A stretch of DNA of 58,078 nucleotides from an uncultured Candidatus Saccharibacteria bacterium (GTDB lineage Bacteria > Patescibacteriota > Minisyncoccia > Phycocordibacterales > DSPV01), in contig CAZTXT010000001.1 in NCBI GenBank assembly GCA_964617735.1, forward strand, positions 78,260 to 136,337. The letters are read 5' to 3'. Below, piece after piece: positions 41,243-51,936 of this stretch. Positions within the stretch are counted from its first letter, which is position 1. Each line of letters begins with the position of its first letter. The notes under the pieces are model-generated. The model searched no databases, was not told where the DNA came from, and was given only the letters and a program-made list of their open reading frames with translations. The translations under genes were made by a program, and so were the position numbers.

Positions 41243-43789
41243 ATGAAGCACCGACGGAAGCATACATCATCACTGATCAAACACCTACTGTCGCTCTTGG
41301 CCGTAGTGGCTCTTATCTTCGGAGGGATCTTTATACTCTGGGTCTCGAGTTTCAAGCTACCCGACCTGTCGGACATCGAAAAACGGGAAGTGACGCAGTC
41401 AACGAAAATCTACGATCGCACGGGCGAAGTCCTACTCTATGACGTCCATGAAGATATAAAACGGACTATCGTGCCTTTTGACCAGATCAGCCGAAACATC
41501 CGGAATGCGGCTGTGGCGATTGAAGACGAGGAGTTTTATCAGCATCACGGCATTAAGATAAGCTCGATCCTTCGGGCGATCATTGCAGACATCACCCCGG
41601 GCGGCGTTACCCAGGGCGGTTCCACGATCACCCAACAAGTGATTAAAAATACACTCTTAACCTCGAAGAGAAGCCCTTCGCGAAAACTTAAGGAATGGGT
41701 ATTGGCGCTCAAACTCGAAAGAGTGATGTCTAAAGACCAGATCCTCGCGCTCTACCTCAACGAAGCGCCTTATGGAGGCAATATCTATGGGATCGAAGAA
41801 GCGTCAAAAACGTATTTCGGTACTAGTGCGGCAAGCACCACACTCGCGCAGGCTGCCTATCTTGCAGCTCTTCCCAATGCGCCGACATACTACTCGCCCT
41901 ACGGCAATCATAAAGATAAACTCGAGGAGCGAAAAAACCTTGTCCTCTCGAGAATGCTCGCAAATAAATTTATCACCCAGCAGGAGTATGATGCGGCAAA
42001 AAAAGAGACGGTTGCATTCAAGCCGCAGTCAGATATGGGCATCACTGCGCCGCACTTCGTATTGTTCGTAAAAGAATATCTTGAATCGAAGTATGGCCCG
42101 CGCGCGGTCAACGATGAAGGTCTCGAGGTAGTCACCACTCTCGACGCAAACCTGCAGGCGAAAGCCGAGGAGATCGTCAAACGCAATGCCCTCGCGAACA
42201 AACAGAAATTCAATGCGGAAAACGCGGGACTCATCGCGCTTGACCCGAAAACAGGAGAGATACTCGCGATGGTCGGCTCGCGTGATTATTTTGATAAGGA
42301 AATAGATGGAAACTTCAATGTCACACTTGCAAAACGCCAGCCGGGATCTTCATTCAAGCCTTTTGTGTACGCGACAGCGCTCATGAAAGGATACACACCC
42401 GACACGATGGTGTTCGATGTTCCTATTGAGTTCTCGACGTACTGCAATCCTGATGGAACGCCGCAAGACCCTGCTGATGAAGATAAGTGCTACATGCCGG
42501 AGAACTACGACCATGTCTACCGCGGCCCTATCTCGATGAGGAACGCCTTGGCACAATCCATCAATATACCCGCCATTCAATTTCTCTATCTCGCGGGTAT
42601 CCGCGATTCTTTGCAGACTGCCCGGGAAATGGGAATAACGACGCTGACTGATCCAGATCGTTATGGATTGACCTTAGTTCTCGGCGGTGGAGAGGTGAGC
42701 CTGCTTGAGATGGTGAGCGCATATAGCGTATTCGCCAACAGTGGAGTCCGTAATCCCTATCAGTCGGTGCTTTCAGTCAAAGACCGAAATGGGAATATCC
42801 TCGAGCAATTTTCCCCCGCCCCCGAACAAGTGCTCGACAAAGATATCGCATTGCAGATCAGCGACATCCTATCCGACAATAAAGCCCGAGCGCCAGCCTT
42901 CGGCGAAACATCAGCGCTTTATTTCCCCGGCAGAGAGGTTGCGGTGAAAACCGGCACCACCAACGACTACCGTGACGCCTGGGTCATCGGCTATACCCCA
43001 TCACTAGCCGTCGGCGCATGGGCGGGGAACAACGATAACTCCCCGATGGAGAAAAAAGTTGCGGGATTCATCGTAGCTCCGCTCTGGCATGAATTCATGG
43101 GGTTCGCGCTTGGAAGCACTACCAATGTCGAGCGTTTCGAGCGTCCCGCGCAGAAAGACATTTCCAATCTAAAACCCGTGCTTCGCGGCATCTGGCAAGG
43201 TAATACCACCTACTCCATCGACAGTGTGTCGGGGAAACTAGCGACCCAATACACGCCGCCCGAGACGAAGGTTGAAAAGGTGCTCACCGATGTCCACACC
43301 ATCCTCTACTGGGTCGACCGTAACGATCCGCTAGGGCCGAAACCTGAACATCCGGAGAATGACTCACAATTCCCCTACTGGGAATACGCGGTACGCAAAT
43401 GGGCGACGGAGCACAATATGGCCCAAACTGAAACTGATGCGAGTATTCCAACAGTGGTCGACGATGTGCATACCGCTCAAAACTCTATTCATGTCTCCAT
43501 CGCAGGAATCGACCAAAACCAGACCTACCCAGAGAACTCGCCGCTCACCATCTCCGTACTCTCGCAAGGACCCTACCCCCTCTCGCGCGCCGATTTCTTT
43601 TTAAATGACCAATTCATCGGATCGAGTAGTGCTGCACCGTTCTCCATCACTTTCACACCATCATCCCTCGATCAAATTAGCGATATAAACACATTTAAAG
43701 TCGTTGGTTATGACACCGCATACAATAAAGGTGAGTTTGTGTCGGGTCTTAAACTTGATTTAAGCGGCAATGTTAACGCACATCCGTAA
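41243..43789 (+). CDS. Class A penicillin-binding protein (PBP1A family)
   Basis: EDEEFYQH, GGSTITQQ, RQPGSSFKP, SINIP, KTGTT. Confidence 0.95.
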   Translation: MKHRRKHTSSLIKHLLSLLAVVALIFGGIFILWVSSFKLPDLSDIEKREVTQSTKIYDRTGEVLLYDVHEDIKRTIVPFDQISRNIRNAAVAIEDEEFYQHHGIKISSILRAIIADITPGGVTQGGSTITQQVIKNTLLTSKRSPSRKLKEWVLALKLERVMSKDQILALYLNEAPYGGNIYGIEEASKTYFGTSAASTTLAQAAYLAALPNAPTYYSPYGNHKDKLEERKNLVLSRMLANKFITQQEYDAAKKETVAFKPQSDMGITAPHFVLFVKEYLESKYGPRAVNDEGLEVVTTLDANLQAKAEEIVKRNALANKQKFNAENAGLIALDPKTGEILAMVGSRDYFDKEIDGNFNVTLAKRQPGSSFKPFVYATALMKGYTPDTMVFDVPIEFSTYCNPDGTPQDPADEDKCYMPENYDHVYRGPISMRNALAQSINIPAIQFLYLAGIRDSLQTAREMGITTLTDPDRYGLTLVLGGGEVSLLEMVSAYSVFANSGVRNPYQSVLSVKDRNGNILEQFSPAPEQVLDKDIALQISDILSDNKARAPAFGETSALYFPGREVAVKTGTTNDYRDAWVIGYTPSLAVGAWAGNNDNSPMEKKVAGFIVAPLWHEFMGFALGSTTNVERFERPAQKDISNLKPVLRGIWQGNTTYSIDSVSGKLATQYTPPETKVEKVLTDVHTILYWVDRNDPLGPKPEHPENDSQFPYWEYAVRKWATEHNMAQTETDASIPTVVDDVHTAQNSIHVSIAGIDQNQTYPENSPLTISVLSQGPYPLSRADFFLNDQFIGSSSAAPFSITFTPSSLDQISDINTFKVVGYDTAYNKGEFVSGLKLDLSGNVNAHP

Positions 43790-44033
43790 CACGTTCGCCG
43801 AACTCCTTCTGTATCGAAGCGAGTATCTCCTTTTTCTTTAATAAAATCTCATTTTTAACAGCTGGATGCGCGTCTACAAATGCGGTGCGCCCCCGCACCC
43901 GCACACTATCCTCAGGGAGTGTGATTGAAAGTGATTGAGTGATAGCTCGCGACACAGCTTGTTGTAGTAGTGTATAGGATTGGAGTTTCCCACTGATCTT
44001 TGAGAGAAGCGATTGTATATCTTTCCACTCCAT
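43773..44033 (-). CDS. DciA/DUF721-like small protein
   Basis: Position after dnaN; HPAVKNEILLKK...VTDVR pattern. Confidence 0.55.
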   Translation of the reverse strand: MEWKDIQSLLSKISGKLQSYTLLQQAVSRAITQSLSITLPEDSVRVRGRTAFVDAHPAVKNEILLKKKEILASIQKEFGERVTDVR

Positions 44034-44045
44034 TGCAACATTCGC

Positions 44046-45146
44046 CTATTTATTCATCGGCATCACTAAATAGGTGAATGTCTGGTCCCCTACTCCTTTA
44101 ACCACTAACGGTTTTTGCGCACCATTAAAACCAAGAGATACACTGTCAGAGTGAATGGACTGGAAACAATCCATAATATAACGATGATTGAAGTTGTTGA
44201 GCAGTTCCTCCCCTTTAACCACTGATTCCAACTTCATGGTGTTTTTCCCCACATGATTGTTTTCGGAGCTGACCTCGAAGATTTTTTTAGCCGGCAAGAC
44301 TTTAAGCTCAACTCTATGGAAGGATCCTGAAAAGATATTTGAGATCTTGAGGGCTGATACTAGATCTTGCTTGAGGAGAACCACTTCGGTTTTGAAGTTT
44401 TTAGGAATTATCTGTTGGTAATCGGGGAACGATCCCTCTACCGCCCGAGAGACTATATAGAGATCATTCCCTGAAAGGGAAATTTGGTTTTTACTGATCG
44501 TAAGATTGAGCGGACCTTTATAATCCTCAAAAATCCTGATGATATCGGCAACATTTTTAAATGGTATTAAGATGGGGTGGAATTCAATAGGTTTTTTCAC
44601 TTGGATCCTCTTTTCTGCAAGCCGAAAAGAATCAGTGGCTGCAAATACAATATCTTTGTGATCACTATACACATACACACTTGAAAGTTCAGGCTTCATT
44701 GATGAGGTCGCCGCTCCATACCAAACTGACTGCAAGCCGTGTATAAAATCAGAGCCTTGGAGGATTACCGAAACACCATCAACCACAGAAGGGATAGAAG
44801 GAAAATCATTTGAATTGAGTGATTTTATCGTTGTTTTAGAGTGTTTAGTAGAAACCAATAAATTCCCCTCAACCACCTCAAAAACTACATTTTCCTCATT
44901 AGGTAATTGTGATAAAAAACCACCCAAAATTGATGCGGGTACCGCAATTCTCCCTTCCATAAAAACCCGCACCAACAAACTTCCACTGATTCCTATATCT
45001 AAATTTGTCGCATTTACTTTTAAATGACCATTTTCAACTTGTAGTAATAAACAACTTAAAACAGGGAGGTTGGGATTTCTCCCAGTTACCCGTTCTGCTT
45101 TAGAAACTAAATCAGTTATTTTATTTTTTATACACTCAATTTTCAT
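44046..45146 (-). CDS. dnaN: DNA polymerase III beta sliding clamp
   Basis: ATNLDIG, AATDSFRLAE, FPDYQQIIP, YLVMPM. Confidence 0.95.
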   Translation of the reverse strand: MKIECIKNKITDLVSKAERVTGRNPNLPVLSCLLLQVENGHLKVNATNLDIGISGSLLVRVFMEGRIAVPASILGGFLSQLPNEENVVFEVVEGNLLVSTKHSKTTIKSLNSNDFPSIPSVVDGVSVILQGSDFIHGLQSVWYGAATSSMKPELSSVYVYSDHKDIVFAATDSFRLAEKRIQVKKPIEFHPILIPFKNVADIIRIFEDYKGPLNLTISKNQISLSGNDLYIVSRAVEGSFPDYQQIIPKNFKTEVVLLKQDLVSALKISNIFSGSFHRVELKVLPAKKIFEVSSENNHVGKNTMKLESVVKGEELLNNFNHRYIMDCFQSIHSDSVSLGFNGAQKPLVVKGVGDQTFTYLVMPMNK

Positions 45147-45161
45147 ATTCTCTCTAAACAA

Positions 45162-45354
45162 AACTATTACTATAGTTATAGATGTGGATATGTGGAGATA
45201 TATTTTTTATAAAAGGTTGTAAGGGTTTTTTGGTATAAAATTTTTCATATAGTGTGGAAAATTTTTAAGAATTTTTTTTCTGTATATTGGGTTTTTTAAA
45301 AAGATGGTTATTTTATACACAACTAATAATAGGATATTCACTCATTCTTCATAG
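45162..45354. other. Probable oriC (dnaA-dnaN intergenic region)
   Basis: Very AT-rich; DnaA-box-like TGTGGATAT (45183), TGTGGAAAA (45253), TTATACACA (45313). Confidence 0.7.
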
Positions 45355-46719
45355 TCATATCAATGCTCTAATTTGGTTGAGTTCTTGAGATAGGAGGGAA
45401 TTCGCCTTTAATTCATTTTTAACTTTCTCACAGGAGTGGATAACTGTCGTGTGGTCGCGCCCTCCCAATTTTTGCCCAATTGAGGGGAATGAGAAATTAA
45501 AATCTTCCCGTAGGATATACATCGTCAACTGCCGTGGACGGACCACTTCCTTCCTGCGAGTTTTCTCATAAATACTATTCTCTTCGATGTTATAGAAGTC
45601 AGCAACAATCTTAGTGATGTCTTTTATCGATACATTCTTTTTGGGTTTGTTCGAGTTTTTAAGAAGGTTGCGGATCTCAGAGAGATTCAACTCACGGCCT
45701 TTTAATTGCGATTGGCAGACGATTGAGTTAATTAAACCTTCGAGCTCTCGGATATTCGATTCCATTTCAGTGGCGATGCAATCGATGACCTCTGGGTTCA
45801 TTTGGTAATTCTGCTGGGCTAATTTAGTTTTTACGATCGCCTGTCTTGATTCATGATCGGGTTGCGGAATGTCCACGATCATACCAGCTGCGAAGCGCGA
45901 TTTAAGGCGGTCTTCGAGGTTGGGAATGAAATTCGGATGTTTATCGGATGAGAATATTATCTGTTTATTATCCTCATAGAGATTATTGAATAAATGGAAT
46001 AGCTCCTCCTGCATCTTTTCTTTATTTGAGAGGAATTGGATGTCGTCCATAATAAACACGTCGTAGCGGCGGTATTTTTCTTTGAACTGATTAACTTTTT
46101 GTAGTTGTATCGCGGTCACCAACTCGGTTCCGAACCGTTCGGAAGTTATATAGAATATTTTTTTATCCCGATAAGTGTTTTTTATATGATTGCCGACCGC
46201 TTGTATGAGATGGGTCTTACCCACACCAGTCGATCCGTAAAAAAAGAGCGGATTATAGATCAAGCCGGGTTTGCGCAACACCGCCTGGGCCGCCGCATGA
46301 GCGAGTTCGTTGAAGCCTCCGACCACGAACGACTCGAATGTGTAGCGTGGGTTGAGGTTGTCTTCCCGGTTTATATAGTATTCCTGCAACGGGAGCTCTT
46401 TATTATGCGAATTCATCGTATAGGAGGGTCCAAATCGTTCAACCTCTTGGTTTAGGCGAGATTCAGTGGAGATAAGGTACTCGACACTGCGCACATGCTC
46501 TCCGAAATTACGCAACGCCTTGAGGATGAGTTTATGATATTTGTCCACCAGCCAGTTCTTTACAAATGTGTTGGGGACGCCGACGTACACTACTCCATTA
46601 TCCTGCTTGATGATATGGGTATCCTTGAACCAAGTCGTAAAATTCGCCTTCGATACATTCAGTTCCATGTCCGCAAGAACGCCGTCCCATAATTTTTTAT
46701 TTTCCGCTATCGGAGGCAT
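45355..46719 (-). CDS. dnaA: Chromosomal replication initiator DnaA
   Basis: LNPRYTF, YNPLF.YG..GVGKTHL, DDIQF, RELEG, RDHTTV. Confidence 0.97.
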   Translation of the reverse strand: MPPIAENKKLWDGVLADMELNVSKANFTTWFKDTHIIKQDNGVVYVGVPNTFVKNWLVDKYHKLILKALRNFGEHVRSVEYLISTESRLNQEVERFGPSYTMNSHNKELPLQEYYINREDNLNPRYTFESFVVGGFNELAHAAAQAVLRKPGLIYNPLFFYGSTGVGKTHLIQAVGNHIKNTYRDKKIFYITSERFGTELVTAIQLQKVNQFKEKYRRYDVFIMDDIQFLSNKEKMQEELFHLFNNLYEDNKQIIFSSDKHPNFIPNLEDRLKSRFAAGMIVDIPQPDHESRQAIVKTKLAQQNYQMNPEVIDCIATEMESNIRELEGLINSIVCQSQLKGRELNLSEIRNLLKNSNKPKKNVSIKDITKIVADFYNIEENSIYEKTRRKEVVRPRQLTMYILREDFNFSFPSIGQKLGGRDHTTVIHSCEKVKNELKANSLLSQELNQIRALI

Positions 46720-46889
46720 GATGAGAATTTATTTCGTTGCACCATTATAACCCCTAGCTTGATTAGTTACAGTTGCTGAACAGGCCCACATGTGTTGGTA
46801 AGTTGTTCATAGTGTGTGGATACGTTGCGGCAGGAAATACTGTCAAGAAAATTTGCCATTTTGCTTTTCTTTTGATATAAAACAGTCTT

Positions 46890-47024
46890 ATGTACGTCAC
46901 CTATAAACCTAAAAAACGCAAACGTGCAAGAACCCACGGCTTTTTGAGCCGGAGCAGAACCTCTCGCGGGCGCCGAGTTCTTACAAACCGCAGGAGAGTG
47001 GGGCGGAAACGTTTGGCGCTTTGA
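46890..47024 (+). CDS. rpmH: 50S ribosomal protein L34 (not in the ORF track)
   Basis: Manual translation [44 protein letters not shown]. Confidence 0.93.
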   Translation: MYVTYKPKKRKRARTHGFLSRSRTSRGRRVLTNRRRVGRKRLAL

Positions 47025-47374
47025 TGTTGAAGCGAAAAAATAGGCTCGATCGTTTGGCGTTCGATACAGTGCGCCGATCCCGTAACCTCATAAACGACCC
47101 CCTTATCAATCTTCGGTATCTTTGTGGGGGCTTCGGAGGGGAGAGCCGCTTTTCTATTATTGTCTCGCGCGCTGGCGGTCTCTCGGCGGTACGGAGGAAC
47201 ACCTTGCGTCGCTGGGTTTATTCAAGTATTCAAGAAACAAAACCGTATCCTCCGCTCGCTGGTATTTTCTATCTCTCACGGAGTGATGTTGCCCGCGATG
47301 AACTCTCGCAATCTGTCAAAAAACTCCTCAAAACCGCCCATTCTCGCTGCACCCATACCCTTAAAGAAAAATAG
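47024..47374 (+). CDS. rnpA: Ribonuclease P protein component
   Basis: LKRKNRL, IIVS...AVRRNTLRR; follows rpmH. Confidence 0.88.
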   Translation: MLKRKNRLDRLAFDTVRRSRNLINDPLINLRYLCGGFGGESRFSIIVSRAGGLSAVRRNTLRRWVYSSIQETKPYPPLAGIFYLSRSDVARDELSQSVKKLLKTAHSRCTHTLKEK

Positions 47375-47417
47375 CCGCGGCTTGAAGGTTCTCGGTGAGT
47401 GAGCTACACTAGCTTCC

Positions 47418-48146
47418 ATGACGCAGGGAGTATTTACGACTCTTTTTTCACAACCCCTCTACAATGGGTTGATTTTTTTGACCCATCTTATTCCAGGAGC
47501 AGATGCTGGTGTCGCTATCATACTCTTTACGATCATCGTGCGTCTGATCCTCTACCCCCTTTCGCGCCGCTCGATAGAAACGCAGATAAAAATGCGCGGT
47601 GCGGAGAAAGAGCTTGAACAGATACGGCTCAAATATACCGACCGAGCGGAGCAAGCAGCGAAGACAATGGAGTTTTACCGCTCGAAAGGGCTCAACCCTC
47701 TTTCGGGGTTCCTGCTTATTTTAGTGCAGATCCCTATCATCTTCGCGCTCTACCGGGTCTTTTTGAGAAGTGGTTTGCCGCAGGTTGATGCCACCCTTCT
47801 CTATTCTTTCGTTCAAGCACCGGCAAGCATCAATATGCACTTTCTCGGTCTCGTCGACATCTCAATGAAAAACTATCTCCTCGCGTTCATCACCGCTGTC
47901 AGCCAATTCGTGCAGATCAGATTCTCGATGCCGCCGGCGAAGCCCGCGGGAGAGGGCGATACGTTCAAAGACAATCTCGCCCGAAGCATGAACTTGCAGA
48001 TGCGCTACCTATTCCCGGTGATGGCGTTCTTCATCGTCTACAATTTATCAGGCACGATCGCCCTTTACTGGACCACAAATAATCTTTTTGCGATCGCGCA
48101 GGAATGGTTCATTCGCAGGAAGTTCGCGAAGCGCACCAGCGCGTAG
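47418..48146 (+). CDS. yidC: YidC/Oxa1 membrane protein insertase
   Basis: IILFTIIVRLILYPL, LVQIPI, LYWTTNN. Confidence 0.93.
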   Translation: MTQGVFTTLFSQPLYNGLIFLTHLIPGADAGVAIILFTIIVRLILYPLSRRSIETQIKMRGAEKELEQIRLKYTDRAEQAAKTMEFYRSKGLNPLSGFLLILVQIPIIFALYRVFLRSGLPQVDATLLYSFVQAPASINMHFLGLVDISMKNYLLAFITAVSQFVQIRFSMPPAKPAGEGDTFKDNLARSMNLQMRYLFPVMAFFIVYNLSGTIALYWTTNNLFAIAQEWFIRRKFAKRTSA

Positions 48147-48147
48147 T

Positions 48148-48612
48148 ATGGAAACACAGGAAAAGATAAAAAAACTGATAGAGGAATTTCTGCGCCGCTT
48201 AGGGGTCGCTTCCGATTCGATAGAGGTGCACGAGGATTTGGGCAGGACCTCGTTCATCATCAAGAGTCGAGAGTCGAGTCTTTTGATCGGGTCTCGCGGT
48301 GCGCATATCTCGGCGATCAATCACCTCATTAAACGCATGGCTGGCAAAGGCTCTCCCGAGGGCAGCGAACCGTTCAATTTTTATGTTGACGTCAACGACT
48401 ATCACGAGACTCTGGTGCAGGAGATCAAAAATAAAGCGTTCATACTTGCCGAGCGCGCGCGTTCGTTCAAAACAAGCGTTGAGATGGATCCTATGTCTTC
48501 GTACGAGCGGATGATCATTCACACATTCTTCGAGAATATCCCCGATATCAAGACCGAGTCGCAGGGAACTGGCGCCAAGCGGCGCGTGATCATCAAATAC
48601 GTCGGAGATTGA
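48148..48612 (+). CDS. jag: Jag/KhpB-like KH-R3H RNA-binding protein
   Basis: LIGSRG, DVNDY, MSSYERMIIH, SQGTG..R. Confidence 0.88.
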   Translation: METQEKIKKLIEEFLRRLGVASDSIEVHEDLGRTSFIIKSRESSLLIGSRGAHISAINHLIKRMAGKGSPEGSEPFNFYVDVNDYHETLVQEIKNKAFILAERARSFKTSVEMDPMSSYERMIIHTFFENIPDIKTESQGTGAKRRVIIKYVGD

Positions 48613-48616
48613 TCTC

Positions 48617-49876
48617 CTACTTCAAGTCTAAGAGCCAGAGGCTCAAATCTTTTTTGTTACTGAACAATAAGTAGTTTTCTTTTGCGTCGAGCACGAGGTT
48701 CTCGATGTCCATCGTCTGTTTCGCTGCGCTCTGCGGGGTGAGCATTATTTTAGTCTGCCCGGTGGTGGTATCGATCCGTATGATATCGTCGGTGAATGAG
48801 ACCAAGCCTTGGTACCAGAGGTCGGGGTAATCACCTGCCGGAATGGAGGTCGGCACGGCGCAGTAGAGGAAATTCTTCTGCACGGTTCCCCAAATGCATT
48901 TTTCGGGAAGCGTCGTGACCTCGAGGTCGGTGATCTTTTGGAGTTTGGTGTCGAGGAGTTTGAGGGCGAAGCCGCTCGAAGTGGTTTGCGAAAAGAGCAC
49001 CTGCGATCCATCACTGTTGGGAAGCGCCGTCAGGCCGGCGACATCGCCGAGTGTCCGGGTCATATTCCCCGTATTGGCATCGAGGTAGTAGAGGAAGCCG
49101 GGTACTTGCGCAGAGGGTTTGGTCGCAAGCGAGATGATGCGCCCGGAAGGCCAATCGGTCAGCCACTGGTGCGCGGGAGAATCGAACAGCTGCGTTTTCT
49201 GCGTCCCGTTGGCATTGGCGCGAATTCCGTAGGTCGAATCGCCGCTATCGAGCAAGTAGAAGATCTTGTCTTCCCCGGGCGATACCGAAAGCGTTGTGAT
49301 ACCGGTTTGCAGGAAGGTCCCGTCAACAAGCTCTGCTTCAGATGAGGTGCTGCTCTGCTTGAGCGCCATGTAGAAGGTCTGGATCTCATCGCTGTCCTCT
49401 TTAAGGTAGCGCAGGATGACCGCTTGGCCGTCCCGTACCCAGTACGCTTCGTAGATCTTGGGGATCGTCGTGTTTGAAATACGGTTCGGAGGATTCTGGT
49501 CGGAGGTTTTCGCTTCGAAGATATGCCCATTCGCCCGCTCGACGTAGCGGATGAAAGTCTCCGCATTTTTGGTAAAGAGGGTTGCGCCAGAGACGGGTAG
49601 CGAGGAGATCAGGCGCAGTTTTTGCGCGAATTGCTGGGGATGATTTTCATACATCTGGCCATGGGAAGTTTGTCCGGGATTGGTCTCATTAGCTCCCGTC
49701 CCCCCCTCACCGTTGTTATTCGTGCTGGTGGATATCGGAAGGGTGCCGTTGTTCTCGGGATTCACTGGCGTATACGGGATACCGCTTTTGCGGAAGAAGA
49801 GATAAAAGATCACGAGCGCCGCGATGATGAGGATGATGATCGATATGATAAGGATCTTAGCGTTTCGGCTGTTCAT
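48617..49876 (-). CDS. Membrane-anchored beta-propeller-like exported protein
   Basis: N-terminal TM and repeated beta-rich segments (SVSPGEDKI, TLPEKCIW). Confidence 0.7.
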   Translation of the reverse strand: MNSRNAKILIISIIILIIAALVIFYLFFRKSGIPYTPVNPENNGTLPISTSTNNNGEGGTGANETNPGQTSHGQMYENHPQQFAQKLRLISSLPVSGATLFTKNAETFIRYVERANGHIFEAKTSDQNPPNRISNTTIPKIYEAYWVRDGQAVILRYLKEDSDEIQTFYMALKQSSTSSEAELVDGTFLQTGITTLSVSPGEDKIFYLLDSGDSTYGIRANANGTQKTQLFDSPAHQWLTDWPSGRIISLATKPSAQVPGFLYYLDANTGNMTRTLGDVAGLTALPNSDGSQVLFSQTTSSGFALKLLDTKLQKITDLEVTTLPEKCIWGTVQKNFLYCAVPTSIPAGDYPDLWYQGLVSFTDDIIRIDTTTGQTKIMLTPQSAAKQTMDIENLVLDAKENYLLFSNKKDLSLWLLDLK

Positions 49877-49887
49877 GATGGTTATGA

Positions 49888-50907
49888 TTACTCATAAGGA
49901 CTTACGCATTTATTTTGCGAGAGATCGCACCGTGAATAGTTCGGATCCGTGCAATCACTATCGAACGTACAGACGCTTCCCTCACCGCTGCGGTTGCTTG
50001 AACAGGAAGCAGTCACCAGCATTGGGTCAATAAGCCTCTCCGTTTCTTGGCATGCAGTTAGAGTGCTGAAGATATTGGTGGTCGGCTGGGCTGCGGTGGT
50101 CGGGGCGCACGGAGTACCGATAACCTCGTATTTGTCATTCCCGGTGATGTTTGCGAGGTTGCTGTTGCATTTATCGAGAGCATCATAGAGTTGAGGAACC
50201 GGATCTTTCGCCGGACAGCTTGAGGCGTTGATCATTTCGACATTATAGGGGCAGCTGGAAGCATCAGCGGCTTGTACTCGAGCGCACGTTGCACCACTCC
50301 CTGGTAGTATCGAGGTCGAGCTTTCCACACGCTGTTTATTGGTCTGGCAGTCAGTGCTCGTGCGATAGCGTATCCTTACCACATTATTGTCGCTGTTTAT
50401 GTATCTCAGTTCGTAATCGTAAACCTGGACATTAAGGTTATAGGTTGTTTTATAGTAGGAGAGACGGTAATCACCAGTTGTTGTTGGTGAGGGACCTCCA
50501 CCCACGCCAGGGGGAAGATCTACTGACGGACCGAACCGTATCGAGACTAGGTCTGGGTTTATTGTTTTAAGAAGGAGAAAGCAGCCGATAGCTAGCAAGA
50601 GCCCGAGGAGTGAATTACGGATGCGATCCTTCGCCGCTGATTTGCTGGTTGCGACATCGCTCATCATCCACTGCAATCCGGCGAATGCGATGGAGAGTAC
50701 GGCAAGCCCTCCGGCGATGCCGATGCCGACCTTGAACAGGTAGGGTATATATTCTTCGGGGGTGACAGCTTGAGACGCTGGGATATTCCCTAGCGGTGCC
50801 AGGGGAACGTAGCTTTGAACTGTTTGTGCGAAACTGATCAGTGGCGCGAGAAAGGAGTAGAAAAGCGCTCCGGCCGCCGCTATGTTTTTTGTACGCCAGA
50901 ATGTCAT
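49888..50907 (-). CDS. CPR pilin (TrbC/VirB2-like) with Cys-rich C-terminal extension
   Basis: YVPLAPL, IGIAGGLAVLSI..AGLQW, AKDRIRNSLLGLLL...INPDLV. Confidence 0.75.
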   Translation of the reverse strand: MTFWRTKNIAAAGALFYSFLAPLISFAQTVQSYVPLAPLGNIPASQAVTPEEYIPYLFKVGIGIAGGLAVLSIAFAGLQWMMSDVATSKSAAKDRIRNSLLGLLLAIGCFLLLKTINPDLVSIRFGPSVDLPPGVGGGPSPTTTGDYRLSYYKTTYNLNVQVYDYELRYINSDNNVVRIRYRTSTDCQTNKQRVESSTSILPGSGATCARVQAADASSCPYNVEMINASSCPAKDPVPQLYDALDKCNSNLANITGNDKYEVIGTPCAPTTAAQPTTNIFSTLTACQETERLIDPMLVTASCSSNRSGEGSVCTFDSDCTDPNYSRCDLSQNKCVSPYE

Positions 50908-50911
50908 TGCC

Positions 50912-51904
50912 CTAAAAACTTATCGTGAACTCCGAGTCCCCCCGCTCGATGAGCGAGGCATCATTGTTGACATTGAGGTAAACTTTCGCGGATCCCTGCT
51001 CGCTCGATTCTTTTCGCAGGGTGAGCGAGGGGCCTTTGAAATTCTCGGTCGTCGCTCCGTTGACGGACCAGTCATAGGTCAGCTTGTTGCGGTCGTTGAC
51101 CGTGAAGAAGTACGGAAAAGCTTCGATCGTCGCCTCCTTATCGACGAGGGAGAACATGCCGGTGATGGCATGGTTGAAGAGGATTCCATAGAGCGGGCTG
51201 TTCTCATAGAGAAGGACCAAGGGCTCTGCGGTGTCGAGAGTTACTTTGCCGGAGGCGCGGTAGTTGTTATCGAGAGTTGATACGTCCGCGGAGATATCGA
51301 TCGGCGTGCGCAGCTCTGCGGTGTCGAGCAAGAATACATTTCGTCCGTACCCGGAATGGTCGGCCAATGGTTCGTCGTTCTTACTCCATTTATAGAGGAT
51401 GTTCCTCGGCGAGATTGTTTTCCCGTCGGCACCCGTTATCGCCGGTATGGCGATTATTCTCGCCTGGCCGAAGAGACCGTAGAGTGATTTGCCTTTGTAG
51501 AACGGTGGTGCTGACGAGGGTGACTCCCAGATGAGGTCAACGTTCGTTGGCCGGAAGGCGATCTGTTTTTCATAGATAGCTCCGTCGAGCGTTTTTACCA
51601 CCGCGGAGACGACCATTGAAGACCCGGATTTACCCATAAGCACCCGATGGGTGGTCTTGCCAATGCCGCTTTCCGCCAATTTCCCATTTTCGAGCCATGC
51701 GATGGTCGCTGTCGTGAGGTCGAAGAATGTTGTCGCCACGCTGATGCTCGCGTAGGTGTTGGGTGCCGGATTCTCCGGCGTGACGTTGAATACCAACATC
51801 AAGTCGGCGGAGAAGCTGGGGATTGCTTGCGCGCTCGCATATCCCGGCATTAGCGCACAAAAGCCGACCGTGATCAAAATAAGCAATGCTGACGTTCGCA
51901 TCAT
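50912..51904 (-). CDS. Exported Ig-like protein
   Basis: Signal peptide, PENPAPN, VDLIWE, PPFYKGK, YDWSVNG. Confidence 0.7.
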   Translation of the reverse strand: MMRTSALLILITVGFCALMPGYASAQAIPSFSADLMLVFNVTPENPAPNTYASISVATTFFDLTTATIAWLENGKLAESGIGKTTHRVLMGKSGSSMVVSAVVKTLDGAIYEKQIAFRPTNVDLIWESPSSAPPFYKGKSLYGLFGQARIIAIPAITGADGKTISPRNILYKWSKNDEPLADHSGYGRNVFLLDTAELRTPIDISADVSTLDNNYRASGKVTLDTAEPLVLLYENSPLYGILFNHAITGMFSLVDKEATIEAFPYFFTVNDRNKLTYDWSVNGATTENFKGPSLTLRKESSEQGSAKVYLNVNNDASLIERGDSEFTISF

Positions 51905-51936
51905 ACGTCTATATGGTAGCACAGCCGGCAGTCCAA

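Noticed and set aside
47340-47355. Possible yidD remnant (ILRCHP-like with two deletions) at the end of rnpA
   Set aside because: Needs two frameshifts in 16 nt and lies within the rnpA reading frame; not supportable.
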